In this document: in pieces, positions 34,750 to 49,227 of the stretch
Position numbering within the stretch: the first letter of the stretch is position 1
Layout of the letters: each line of letters opens with the position of its first letter
Source: Macrostomum lignano
Taxonomy: Eukaryota
Reading direction: 5' to 3'
Assembly: GCA_002269645.1 (NCBI GenBank)
Contig: NIVC01001029.1
Location: forward strand, 1 to 64,000
Length of the DNA: 64,000 nucleotides
Program-made: the position numbers and the translations under genes
The notes under the pieces: generated by a model
Told to the model about the DNA's origin: nothing
The model's database searches: none
What the model saw: only the letters and a program-made list of their open reading frames with translations

Positions 34750-35080
34750 AAGTCCCACTGCATGGGTTCTTCAAGTCGCGTAGAAACCTATGTTCGAGTC
34801 CGTTCGATCTTGGGTGTTATGCCGGAGTCATGACGAGACTATTGATCCCCTTCAGCCGTTCCTGCACCCTCTTTGATGCAAACGGCCGTTGTCAGATATT
34901 TAAGTCACCGGAAGACGGTGCAAAGGCTTCTGAGGTGGCTTGTTGACCTCTGGGCACGTGGACTTCAGTCCATTTGCTACGAACGAGCGTCGTGCAGTCC
35001 ATTGCCTTGCGGATCCGTGATCCTTGCTCTTCTTGAAAATCTCGACCGATATCTGCATGGCCATCAGATGCACTGTCATG
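34750..35080 (-). mobile_element. Degenerate Gypsy-type LTR retrotransposon integrase fragment
   Basis: Motifs across frameshifts: HADIGRDF, SKWTEV, LPVT*ISDNG, TPA*HPRSNGLEHRF. Confidence 0.55.
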
Positions 35081-35291
35081 CGTCATGTAATACAACGATC
35101 TTTTAGCCTCTGGTACTACCAGATGGATCCATCGGTATAGCAACAGAAACATTGAGTAGCACTGATCGAGCTAATATCTACTAAAGAAAACAGGACGCCA
35201 TTTAAAAAAATTCACAATGAAAGACTTTTTTTAGGAATTCTAGCAGATTGATGAAATCGTTGAGTCTGGAGGTACTGCATACAGTCAAAAT

Positions 35292-35625
35292 AAACAACAA
35301 CAACAAAACTTCTCTTGCCAGCCACTCAGTGGCCGGAAAGGGGGGAGAAGTCAGAGAGCGCGTCTCTGGGCCATAGCCCTCAAAAAGTCACACCCCCCAG
35401 CTTGGTCCGGGGCGCCAGTATCAGTCGAAAGACGGTCAGGACATCTCGCCGTTCGCCTTGGCCTCGCACTTCGAGTAGCGGCTCAGGGCAGCGGGCCCCC
35501 GACCGGATGACGTGGCCAGCCAGTCGAAGTCGTCGCCCGCGTAGCAGGTCAGAAGGCCGCATCAGGCGCGCCCTTGCGTAGAGCATGGCATTGGTCTGGA
35601 CCAGTGCGCAGTCCGAACGCCTCAG
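35292..35625 (-). mobile_element. 5'-truncated RTE-clade LINE 3' end
   Basis: LLRGRRLRLAGHVIR C-terminal RTE motif; short (TGT)n tail. Confidence 0.65.
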
Positions 35626-37810
35626 GCAGCAAATAAATTGACTAAATAGACTCTTCTGCTGCATTTAGACCTAGTTCCATGGGGAAATGCTTTATTACCA
35701 GTGCCAATCATTGGCAGTTTCATTGAAAATTGTTAATAGAACGAAGCGTAGAGTGCATCAGTCCCTCTAGTTCTCCCTGCAGGTCTGAGTGCATTAGGGG
35801 GGGGGGGGTTATAGGAATCCATTTAAATTTTTGGCGCCTATACAGAGAAACTCAAGACAACACAAGGCCTGCGTGCTGAACCAAAGAATTGGCAATTTTA
35901 TTGGTTTTCAAAGAAGCAAGTGGCACAGAGATTTCAAATGGGGCCTGCAAACACTGGTGCCAATTGAGAGACGTAGTATGCAAGTTAACCATAAGAGCTC
36001 GAATAAATTGTGTCATTTTTCCACAGTTAGACAGGAATAAGTAAAGGTCGACTAATCCAGAGTCAAGACGGAGTGAACCGGAATGTCACAACAGTTCTCT
36101 CTTGTGGGAAAAAAACAGCTAAAGAGGAATTTTCGGTACACGCTAAGACAATACAGACATATATTGATGCGGAACGAACTTTGCTAACCTGCAGTGCAGC
36201 CTGCTATTCATAAATAAGCCAGATGGGTAGTGAAAAAATCTTTTTAAAAGCGACTATCTCTGACAGGACAGGTGCAGCGACAGGTGTTGTCAAACGAATT
36301 AATAGCATGAAGTGCCGAAGCAAAGTACGAGATGTATCTGATAACAACATCCGAACCAGAGACAAAATTACTTAGCCAAGAGTTAATCACGAGGCAAGAG
36401 AGTAAGTGAAGGTTAAAGCAATCGATAGATATGCAGAAAGCAGCTTCTATAAATTCCAAATTCTAGCGCAATAGAATTCCAAATCATAGAGAAAGAATCA
36501 TACAGTTCTTAGCGCGCATTCGGTGTGGCAGGTTAGTGAAGAGCGAAGTGGCAGAACGAAGGGAACTTATGGAAAAATTCGGGCAGGGTCGAGTCGAGAG
36601 TAAGTACATCAGAAAGAGCTAGCAACAATATTTTTGTTCCAGCCTGAAAGCATAAATGTTTCTGTGTGAAAAAGAGCTTCGGTTTGAAATGGAAGGACTC
36701 GTTGTCCTAGCCTGAAAAGGGGTTGTGTGGACTAATCTCATGATTGGACAAATAATGCAGGCTCTTGTCAATAGGGGCGGTTTTAAACTGTACTGAGGGT
36801 GACAGCAGGAGGGTGACTGAGGGTGACTGAGGGTAAGAGAAAAAATGACGAGAGAGGCAGAGTCAACCCTTGCTGGCTTGTGCTTCATTGAGCTTGCCAC
36901 GCTCTCCCCGGGTCAGAGTACTGTGCGAACACTTGAAAAGCAAAACACGATTCCCCAGTCTCAACTACTCATGGAAGTACAGGGAGACAGAGAGAAGGGA
37001 TAGAGCTTGAGTCGAGCGAAGCGGGGAGAGCAAAGTACGTGTCGAGAGCAGGTAGGCCTCCCCTTGCCTAACAGTTCCCCGTGCCCTAATTTCTCGTGAA
37101 CTTTTATACGACGGCAAATGGAATTCGTGGCACGAATAAATAAGAGAGTGATGTAGGGGACTGAAAGATTCACAAGAAGTTGAATAATGGCGGGTACGCA
37201 GGTAAGAGCAGTTCACAAAAACAAGACAACAAATCTTCAGGGATCTGGAAATGTCACTGATGGTTTCTAATGGCACACATCTGCTCAACAGTTAAAAAAG
37301 ATAGCTCGAAGATCCGTGGTTGGCAGAATGAAACACAATACGAATTTTAGAATTAAAAACATTTCTCTAAACATAAAGGCTGGGATTATAGTTTGACAGG
37401 GTGGCACACGGTTCGTAAATCAATAGCCTGTACACAATCGGTAATGCGTTTGGACAAGAAAATCTGTCTTTTTAATGCGTAGCTCAGCTTTTCGAGTTAG
37501 GGAACTTGATAAGCAAAATTGTTGGGCAATGGAGCCTGACTTTGAAAGCATCTTATATGAAAGCTTAGAGGCTTTGCTGCTGCTGTATGTTTCTTCCAAT
37601 ATTTACAATACTGAGATTTGATAATTAACTGGGTCAGCCCGCGGACGATTATCTTTCAGAGCAGCGCTCGGGAATTTAAAACGGAAGTTGACCTGCCGAT
37701 CAGGAGAAGGGTACCAGGGTTCATTCAGCTGGGTGACCCCCTTGTAAGCAAAAAGAACTGAAAACTGGATGCATTGAGTCCCCACTGGACCAACTGGGAG
37801 GTGGCAGTAA

Positions 37811-38443
37811 TCAGGCAAGTCCCGTGGCAGCCAGTTCCTGCATGATCGGCGGCGCGGCAGTGATCTGCATGACCTTGGAGCCGTCGCTGTACCGCACGTC
37901 CAGCCAACGGATGGGCAGCAGCAGCAGCAGGGCCCGCTTTGCCTTGTAGTTGGCCGCTGCAGGTACAGCCTCCTGCATGTTAGCCAGACCGTCAAGGTAC
38001 TGCATGTAGTGCCACTGCGTAGCCTTGACTAGAGCTCGCTCCGCCTCGTCCAGCTCAAGGCCAACGTCGTCCTCGAGCAAGTACAGGCCGAGCAGGATGA
38101 GCGCGGCAACTTGGCGCTGCTCGCCAAACAAGGTGCGAACTTCGCAGTAATAGTTGCGCAACGTTTCGTAGATGCGCTCAACATCGGCGGCGGTGTAGAG
38201 TGGCCGGCCGTCGATGCAGCGGCGTGTCATTAAGCCCATGAAGGTGATCATTGTAGCCGCTTTCGTCTCCAGCACCACCTCTTCCAGGCCGCCGTTGGCT
38301 GAGCCGTCGCTGCCACTGCCGCTGCCGCTGCCGCTGGCTGCCGCACCACCAGCCTGCTGATTCTCGAGCAGAAGGACCCACGCGTCGCGCGAGTAATCGT
38401 ATGAGAGCACGCTAGTAAGCTGGATGCCTCCGAACACCTTGAA
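37811..38443 (-). CDS. NR last exon: LBD C-part
   Basis: ORF 37811-38437; acceptor CCCAG|TTC; stop TGA. Confidence 0.85.
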   Translation of the reverse strand, partial: FKVFGGIQLTSVLSYDYSRDAWVLLLENQQAGGAAASGSGSGSGSDGSANGGLEEVVLETKAATMITFMGLMTRRCIDGRPLYTAADVERIYETLRNYYCEVRTLFGEQRQVAALILLGLYLLEDDVGLELDEAERALVKATQWHYMQYLDGLANMQEAVPAAANYKAKRALLLLLPIRWLDVRYSDGSKVMQITAAPPIMQELAATGLA

Positions 38444-41400
38444 CTGGGCAAGAATTTATTTAAGGGTTTCATTTAATACTACGTTGTCGTAAAGCCCTAC
38501 TGACGACGATAGCTTACGATATAGATATACGCCCTCAAAAAGGCGTGTTAAGTACGAAAAAAAGATGCGCAACTTCCTTTTGTGAACTGTCTACTGACAG
38601 ACAGATCGCACCCTGCAAGATAGAGAAACAGATTCTACTATCGACTATTGTAAATAGGTTTTCAACAATTTGCCTTCAACTATATGTACGAGCTACTACT
38701 GTTTGATCGGGAATTAACTATAAATTTGAAAGCCTATTTCCAAGCTTGACTGCGTTGACTGCATCCAGACAAAATCTCTAAATGGCTGGAGTGACTAAGC
38801 GGAAGTTAACACAGCTGCTCTGTTTATGGTTAAAATACTTTTCTACGTCGAGTACACTCTGAAAGAAGAGATCACGACACCAAAAGGTTTACGTACAGTG
38901 CACATGTTCCCGTACCCTACCATACAGACTTGCTCACCTTGACAATTCGTCCCAGCAGGTTCTTCTCCATGCTCTCGAACCCAGGCAGCTGTGGAATAAG
39001 ACGAATCATCTTTCGCACGGAACTCTCGAGCGTAGAGAATCCCTCCTCGGAGTTGAACAGCTTGGAGGACATGCATGGGGTCCGCGCTTCGTACGGCAGC
39101 TGATAGCTCTTGACACAGAGCAGAAGCTGCTGATACACCAGTGAGAGCTCGAAGTTGTGCGCCAGAGACTCAATCTCCGGCAGGGAGCCGCCCCGACTTT
39201 CGTCAATATCGCTGGTCGATGAGTCTTCGAAATTTCGAGCGTCTGCAGCTTCACTGCTTGCTGGAAACTCAACCGGCCGTGGGGGCGCTGGCGGGGGCAA
39301 ATGCGGTGGAGGCGGCGGCGGCGGCGGCGGTGGGGGCAGAGGTGGAGGTGGCAGCTGTCTTGACGCTGCGGCGTTGGCGGCCGCAACAGCTGCGGCTGCG
39401 GCGGCTGCTGCGGCATTTGGTTCGTGCAATTGATGAGGCATAGCAGCATGTTGAAGCATGCGCAGCGATGGCATGAGCTGCTCGGCTGCCAGATCACCTT
39501 GACCACCGCCATTAAATCTCGGGACGCCGTGCCGCATGGCATTGCCAGGGAGGCCCATGCTGGCGGCGACGCTCATGCCGGAGAGCAATTGGTCAACGTT
39601 GACATCCGCTGGTACCCGGCACCAGCGGAAGCGCGGCTTCTTGAACGTTGGCCGAGCGCGCGTCTTCAACTTTTCGTCGGCTTCAGGCGCGGTTGGGGCA
39701 GGTGAGAAATTGTTAGTGTCTTGCTGAACAGAGCTGCAAACTTCGGGAACTGGTTTCCCGAACTATTCTTCCCCACCCCAAAGTTAAACCATCTTGTGCA
39801 TCCTGCCTTTCGGGCCATCCCTGGCAACGATTTGGCCGATCGCCTGGCCAAGGCTGGCTCGACCGGTTCTTTTACTGGTCCCCTGTCCGTGGCCCCCACC
39901 CCCACCGCCGTTGTCACCACTCGGATCAACCAGTGGGTGGCTTCTAAGCACAGGGAGAGGTGGGCTAACGCTCCCAACTGCCGGAAATCCCGCGCGGCTG
40001 TCCCCTGTCCTTCCCTCGCCCAATGCAGGGCCCTGCTTGGACTCAACCGCAGGGACACCAGGGCGGTGACCACCTCTCGGGACCTGGATGTTTTGCCAAG
40101 CATCGCTACCTCCAGAGAAAATCCCATTCTGCCTCTCCGGTGTCGAGAATGCGGAGCACTTCATCTGCAAATGCCCTGCCTTAGCTCAAGACAGGCTCAC
40201 CTACCTCGGCCCAAACCCGGACCTCTCCGACGTTTTCAGGCCCGAGAATCTCTGCCAGCTCGTCCGCTACCTAAGGGCTACCGGACGAGCGACTATCCAC
40301 CTCCTGGACTATCCTGCACTCGCCTCCCCGCTGTATCCGGATGCCTGGAACCCCCTGCAGCTGAGCAAAGTACGAAGTGCATCCTGTCTATTTAATTAGC
40401 ACAGATGCCTCGGGCACCCATGCAGTACGCCGGAAAATGGTGCCAATGCCAATAACAAATACTCACACAAGATGAGGTCCTTCTTCATGCCCACGGCGAA
40501 GCACTTGCGCAACCGGCATGCGGTGCATGAGCGCCGGTACTCCCGCAGAATATTGCAGTTGTTCTGGTGCAGACACTTGATCTGGCTCGGCTGTCAAATT
40601 AGAATTTTACTAAATCAGTGTCATTCGATGGGAGATGAACGGAAAATCAATCAGTTAACGAGCTCACACTTGGGAAACTATTCAATGCTAACCTTTTGAT
40701 CCCACGTCATCTACTTGTATATGCATACTTTGAAATAGATAATAAATTAGCTAATTTCCTTAATGTCATCAGTGTCTCGAGACCCATTTTTCTTCTAACG
40801 CTTGCACTTTTAATTTTAGACTCGTATAATGCTCGAACGTCATTACTTTGATTATTTTTTTGATATTATGGGACGAATGGTCTCTTTCTTGTAATCCAGT
40901 CGTTAGTAGTTTCTAATTTCCTAAAATACGAGTATACTAATTCTAAAAGCAGAAAACTACTCCAATAATTGAAGAAGCCCGCCATTTGCATGACTAGGGG
41001 GAGCCGTGGGACAAGATGTACGTTCAACTATATGGCATGCATACTTCGGAGCGATACGAATACGATTCATTAGCCAAGTGCTTTGCTAATGAGTCGACTA
41101 AACGTACCTTCCTTCCTTGAAAGTCAGCGCCATTGAACTGAAGGAGGGAAATTCTGTGCCACGATGCTTGCTAGCTCATATGCTCTAGCATATGTTTAGT
41201 GCTATATCAGGGGCCGTAGAATGTAGGGCATGACTGCGGGCCTGAGAGAGGAGGGGAGAGATAACAGAGGGAATAGAGAAGAAGAGAGGAGAAGAGAAGA
41301 GAGAAGGGGTGAGAGAGGAGAGAGGAGAGGAGAGAGGGAGAGGGGAGAGAGGGGAGATGAGAGAGGAGAGAAGAAAAAAGAGAAGAGAGCTGAGAAGAGA

Positions 41401-41783
41401 CACAAACCTTGAGCGGGCCGGAGTTCGCCGGCCCCTAATGAGTTCAAATCAAATAAACTCTAAAGGCAAAGGCAAGTTGTCCTTCTTACATCCCGCTTGG
41501 CGTTCCGCCGGAAGAATGTCTTGCAAGACTCGCAAGTGGCCACTCCGAAATTGTTACCGGATGCTGCCAGCTCACACACACAGCATTTTATTGCCAGTTG
41601 CTGTTGCTGCTGTTCTTGCTGCTGCTGCTGCTGTTGTTGTTGTTGCTGATGATGATGCTGATGCAGCTGAGGTGTCAGCAAAGGCGGTGGCGGCGGTGGC
41701 TGGTGGTGCTGCTGCTGGTGCTGACGCACAGTCCAAGCTGGGTGGCCAAAGAATTGACTGCTCTGAGCTGCACCGTCTCCCAT
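37811..41783 (-). CDS. HR96: Nuclear receptor, HR96/NR1J (DAF-12/NHR-8 group)-like, about 597 aa
   Basis: Exons 41783-41490, 40590-40467, 39680-38938, 38443-37811, phase-compatible. C4 fingers [29 protein letters not shown] and CLHQNNC...[23 protein letters not shown]; diverged ligand-binding domain ending PIMQEL. Confidence 0.88.
38938..39680 (-). CDS. NR exon: hinge (polyA, polyP) and LBD N-part
   Basis: ORF 38917-39669; [18 protein letters not shown]; donor AAG|GTGAGC. Confidence 0.85.
39815..40395 (+). mobile_element. 5'-truncated RNase H-bearing non-LTR retrotransposon (LOA/I/R1-like) in an NR intron
   Basis: [14 protein letters not shown] (RNase H C-terminus), [24 protein letters not shown]...[10 protein letters not shown]. 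Confidence 0.7.
40467..40590 (-). CDS. NR exon: zinc finger 2
   Basis: [41 protein letters not shown]; not in the ORF track. Confidence 0.9.
41490..41783 (-). CDS. NR exon: polyQ N-terminus and zinc finger 1
   Basis: ATG in strong context (AGCATGG); donor GAT|GTAAGA. Confidence 0.85.
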
Positions 41784-41885
41784 GCTGCATTCTGGGGGGG
41801 AGGGGCAGAAGCAGATGGCAAGTGTTTTAGACAACACTCCATCACATAATAAAAATCGATTACACATAAAATATGAAGTACTCAC

Positions 41886-41966
41886 CGCGTAAGTCTTATT
41901 GTATGTCTCAGTTTCAGCAACAAAAATCCGGTTGGCTAAACTATTAGCTGTTTTGCTAGTGGAGTT
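41886..41966 (-). other. Probable 5' UTR exon of the nuclear receptor
   Basis: TTTCAG| and GCG|GTGAGT; the intron ends at the acceptor at 41792; not in frame with the CDS. Confidence 0.5.
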
Positions 41967-43233
41967 CTGAAACAATATTTAATATCTCTTTCTATAAACT
42001 GTACGCTAGGCTGTTTCTTGAGCAAAGCAGAAAATCATGCAACAATGAAAATTGGCTGCTAGCTGCTCTCAGGAGAGGAGGACACGTCGTTTTGAAAAAG
42101 TCGGGCACTCCGGGGTGGCGACGCTACTTTGTCAGACAATAAAAACTGGCAGAGTGGGGTGGAAAAATGGGAGGGTGGGTTGGCCTCAGAGGACAGGCCG
42201 CTTTGCTGAGTCCTGTCTCTTTTTTACCGGCTTGGACCAAATAGGCTCTTTCTGTGCGTCTCCCGCCTTGTGAACTTGTGAACGGTAGAGAAAGGTAAAT
42301 GGACCATGGCATAAAGGCAAGGAAAACCCCTGTTAGGTTGAGGGTGGGTTGTTAGATAAAACAGAGGCCGTGTGTTCTACCCTCGCGTCCGCCTGCTGCC
42401 TCTCCCTTCATTGGTCGAGCACCTTCTAGCCTCCCCATCTGACTGGGGCTCAATTTCTGCCCCAGCCCTGCCCCGAAGAGAGAAGTACGCGGCAACCTAG
42501 TTGTTGAACTCTAAACTAATGGCCGGGTGGGCGCCACTGCAAAGCGGCTCTGCCCCATAACGACAGGCAGACATGTCACCATAGTACAGCAAAAATTTCT
42601 GCCTGAACTGGACATTGAGCACCCGGCTCAGCAATTGCAAAAAAACACGAATTTTAGAGGCAGAGACAGAGCGATTGACTTCAGCTTGCTATAATGCAAA
42701 TGAGGCCAGGTTTTTCAACTCTTGCTAAGGCGCACTGTGGGTCTACTAGGGGTGGCGGTGTTTATTGTTTGATGTTTGGTGTGTTTAATGCCATGATTCG
42801 ACGATTGTCTATGGCCAAAGCCGTGTATAGGGAGAGCACTGATTCAATTCAGACTTTAAACTCAGAACCGTTAGAAAAAATGATGTACTTTTTGATGCAG
42901 AAAGCGAACAAGTGATAAGTGAATTAGCATTTTTTGATGCACTAGTGACAATTCAAAACTCCAAATGTAATTAAACTGTCAGACCTCATGTGTGCTCAAT
43001 CAGATGTTTTCATGGGCCAACCAGCGGGACAGGAAGCACTTTGTGTGAGAAAAGCAGGCGCCAATAGAACGCCAATCCTGTAGATTGATTTCGTCTGGTG
43101 GCCTCTCGGACTCCCATTGCCCGGCTGTCATGACTTGTGTCTGAATTTAACTGCTGTGTGTCTTAAATTCAATGCTCTGCCTGTGCCATAGACTATGGAT
43201 GGTGTTTTTTCCATAGACTAAAGTAGAGACAAA

Positions 43234-43424
43234 GGGCCGTATGCAGAAAGCCTAGTCCAGACTAGCTAGTCCGGACTTGGTAGTTCAGTCTATAGTCTAT
43301 GGTCTAGCTAGCCTAGTTCTGCTATAGTAGACTGGTCTAACTTTGTTTTCTGCATACCAAATCCAAGTCTAGACTAGCTTTTCAAGACCGGACTACCCTA
43401 GACAGAGCTCTCTGCATACGGCCC
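43234..43424. mobile_element. PIF/Harbinger-like MITE
   Basis: Perfect 14-bp TIR GGGCCGTATGCAGA / TCTGCATACGGCCC with AAA flanking both ends (3-bp TSD). Confidence 0.7.
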
Positions 43425-43440
43425 AAAGGTTGACTTTGTT

Positions 43441-44207
43441 TTTTTGCAGCCCATTTGGGCTTACGCGCATTAGTCCGCTTCTCAGTTTCAACTTAATTTA
43501 ATCCAAGATACGGTTGCCAATGCAATGGAGCTTTTGTCTATGGTAGCAAGGCTTGATTTGGTCCAACAAGCATCAATTTGGTCCATAGCTTCATTTGCAA
43601 CTGCTGCGGAGGAGCAAGATCAGCCCCAGAATTGTGAACCATATGCTGGGCTGTCCAAGGAATGCCAACGAAGTGGCTTGCGATCGAAGCACTCGACACA
43701 GGTGAACACCCAAATGACATTGCAAGGTTGCTGAATGTTACAGAAAAGATGGTTTACAGCATCCATCAGCGCGTTGAAACTATGCCGGCAGAGATTGCCT
43801 GCGAAACGATGGCAATCGCCAAGGCAAGATGCTCGAGAGCCTCAGGTCCAACTGCTACTCGATGCAGTTGAGACGAATCCTTTGTTGATATTTCAGAAAA
43901 TGCAGCAGAAGTTGAAGGAACAGCTCCAGTTAGTTTTCTGATTTGGAAAGCAGAGCTCTGGAAAAGCGACTGAAAGTTGTTGCTATAGAGACGCTGACAT
44001 TCCAGCGGTACGCAACAGCCTGCAGACAGTTGCGAGAAGGCAAGAGTTTGTCCAATGGCTCACGAGAATTTGGACCAAATTGATGCTTGTTGGACCAAAT
44101 GAAATGCCGCTGTGCCAGCCTTGCTACCATAGACAAAAGCTCCGTTGCATTAGCAAGCCTATCTTGGATTAAATTTAATGCGCCTAAGCCCAAATGGGCT
44201 GCAAAAA
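43441..44207. mobile_element. Non-autonomous DNA transposon with about 140-bp imperfect TIRs and an HTH remnant
   Basis: 43441-43585 is inverted at 44070-44207; the internal ORF has PNDIARLLNVTEKMVYSIHQRV, a Tc1/mariner-like HTH. Confidence 0.65.
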
Positions 44208-44818
44208 GCTAAATTAATGGGTTGGGAACGTGAGAATTTTCGCTCTTGACCTGAGCCTTTAATTAGCAAGCAGATATGAAGTTCAGTTGATTAAAACTAC
44301 GGCATCTACCGAAACTGTGCTTCCACCCTCACTAGGAATTCAGCAGCAACAATGTGCCTAGTGCAATAAATAGACTGGAGTCTCAGAATAGAATTGCCAT
44401 CTTTCTCAAGGTAACCGTGCTCTCTGAGAGGGCTGGATCGGGCATGCATGACTGAGACGGGACTGATATGAGACAGAGGCAATCTGAAGGACAGCGACAC
44501 AGCTTGGGCCAGAATAGCATGAGGGAGGGGAAGCTGGCAAGTTCTGGGTGACAAGCTAAATGCAGACGAGTCTGCTCTGTCCTTGGCAAACAATGAGATA
44601 TACGAAACCGATAAACTGTACAGCATCCTCCCAGATTCTCACTGAATTAACTCAGTACACACAGAAGAGTACAGCGCACTGCATAATGCAAGCATTGAGG
44701 AGAGAGAAGAAAGTGTCTGAGTCAGCCCAATATGCTGTGCACATTATTGGTGGCGTGAATTACAGTGTACTTACACGGTTGCAATGCCCTGCCATGCCGT
44801 TGAAACGTGGTCAATTCC

Positions 44819-45680
<862 letters not shown>

Positions 45681-46044
45681 AGTTTAAATCTCAGCCAGAA
45701 AACCATTGAATCATTTTAACCAATGCGCTCATTTTACCCTATTGATGTACAATATTTATTCAAATTTATTTTATTCAAACTGCTTGATTGTACGCACAAA
45801 TATCGATTTTTATGCTCCTACCCTCAATACTGGCATTTCCTGTAATCGTATAGCACTTCGAAAAAACAATTTTTTTATATAATAAATATACTGTCGATTA
45901 AAATGAACTGGGACAAGTTAGAGCTAGACAAAACAGGGTTTTAAATGTACATCCCTCATATGTACAACTAACTCATCAATTTTATCAGACTAAGAAAAAT
46001 AATACTTAAAAGACCAACTTGCATTGCATTACACCCAGATTTTT

Positions 46045-46082
46045 GGCCTGACGAAGAGCCCAGAGGCTCGAAACCGGTTGTG
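46045..46082 (+). ncRNA. Minimal type I hammerhead-ribozyme-like motif (Penelope-associated)
   Basis: CTGACGA-A-GAGCC-CAGA-GGCTC-GAAA-CCGGT-T: catalytic core, 5-bp stem II, palindromic stem III; stem I weak. Confidence 0.55.
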
Positions 46083-47145
46083 TTTAAAAAAAAATTTTTA
46101 AACACGCCGTGACCTCTCTTCTCTCTCTCTCTCTCTCTTTAAACGTTGCGCACGTCAAAATTATGTTGGTCAGTGCAAATATTCATTCCATACCAGCATT
46201 CTATTAATGTTACACTCTCAGCGCGACCTTCTCCCCTTACCAGCAGACCATGGCAGACTTGTGCAATGGGTGAAGCAACTTTATTGCTACAGCCCCCCTC
46301 CTCCACCCTATCAGCACGATGCTCTTTGCTGCTGCTTCGTGCGAGACACACTTTGCACACTCAGCGCACAATCGCTCTATACTGCCCGTAGTGCAACATG
46401 GCCGTCTTACCGCTGCATACATTTACTCTACCGCAGTGTATTTGATAAGAGTCTAGCTCAGCGGCTGGCTGCAACTACACAGTGTAAGAAATTCCCGACC
46501 ACTTGCGAGTTTCCATGCCTACACCAAATATGCTAGTACGAAGCGTACTTTCAAGAGATGCAAAGGTACTTTTAATTTGGATGGTGAGCCGGACAATTAG
46601 AACCGGTGATAAGCAAATTCAGGGCAATATTAGTTCTCCTAAAATCGATATTTTGAGAAAAAAAACAAATAAAATCTCAAAAAATCTTCAAAAATGATTT
46701 GAAAAATCGTTACCAGAAACAGTTCAAACCTTGGCAACGGTACTGAACAGACACTTTCAGATATTAAAAATAATATATATTTAAACCCTTGACGCGTTGC
46801 TATAAGCACCATCGTTGCCAGATTGGACTCTGCGCTCTCTTGTGTCAGGTGACACAATCAGAATTGTCACGTGATAATTTGTCGTTTCTGTGTTTGTCAG
46901 TGCAATGCCAACTCCAGCTGCAGCCTTGGGTGATGGCTGGGAGCGCAGGAAGGTTGCACGGAGTACCTTAGAGTTAAGAGCAGCCCGCTACTGCCGACAT
47001 TGTTTTGCGAGAGCCGTGTCCCGTTACAGGGACTTCTCTATCTAGCATACTGTATGGAGAGCTCTGCCCGTGTGACAGCTTCAAGTGGACCCGCATCTTT
47101 GAAGCAGCCCTCCTCACATACTAATGGATCCTTTACGATTCCGAG

Positions 47146-47994
<849 letters not shown>

Positions 47995-48299
47995 CGAGCT
48001 AGATCTCAAAGCCACGTCTCGAGTAAAAGTACACCCCGAGGAATGCACTACTACCTGAGCGTGAATAGTGCAGATTATTCTTAGCTCGTACGTCCGAATT
48101 CTGCACTTATTAACCCGGCGTGCGGCTTTTTAGCTTTTTTTGAATGTTGCCTTCTCTGCATCTCTAAATTCCAAAAAATCGATCTTGCACATCGATCGTG
48201 GCAATTCGGATCTCCCTGCAATGAGAACTGGCAGCTGCGACAGCTGTTCTCTAGTGTATTTTTACCATTGCGTTGTACTATCGAAGCAAGCAGTTTTTC

Positions 48300-48626
<327 letters not shown>

Positions 48627-48957
48627 TAGTATGTATCTGGCTCTGTGTCTGTCATTTTTCATAAATTAAAGATCTTAAACTCGCGGTTTCAAATTTCGTG
48701 ATGGGCTGAAACACGGTTACTCAGATATTTAGATACATTGATAGTCTGTTTAACCTGTGTAACGTGTTTAAACAACATAATTTTACAATACTTTTTGCTG
48801 AAGACATGGAAAAAGAAAAAATTCCTGGTGAACAGAAATTTAAGCAATAAAAAGCCAAGCACACTACTTCACAACAGCAACAGTAGCGAAGTTTGAATAC
48901 GCGCTGATTTTTATCAAAAGCTAGGCTGATCGCGAGTCTCCTTAGTAAAAGTATAAT

Positions 48958-49227
48958 TTAACTGATTTCCAAATCCTTGGAATCGACTGTTGGTGGCAGC
49001 ATCGCCTGCATCGGCAGATGCTCCACAATCTCGTTGCCATCGGCGAGCTCCTCCGGCGATAGCGACGAGAACCGACGACGACCTCCAACCCGGCCGCCGC
49101 CATTGCCGCCGACTCCAACGACTCCGCTGATGACGAAGGTACTGCGGCCTCCGAGACGATTGTCGCGGCTCTCCTTTCCGCGTCGGATCTGGCGACGTGT
49201 CATCGTGCGGCGGAGCGCAGTCTGCAC
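48958..49227 (-). CDS. GPCR C-terminal exon
   Basis: CTGCAG|GTG; VQTALRRTM...LEIS followed by stop. Confidence 0.8.
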   Translation of the reverse strand: MQTALRRTMTRRQIRRGKESRDNRLGGRSTFVISGVVGVGGNGGGRVGGRRRFSSLSPEELADGNEIVEHLPMQAMLPPTVDSKDLEIS

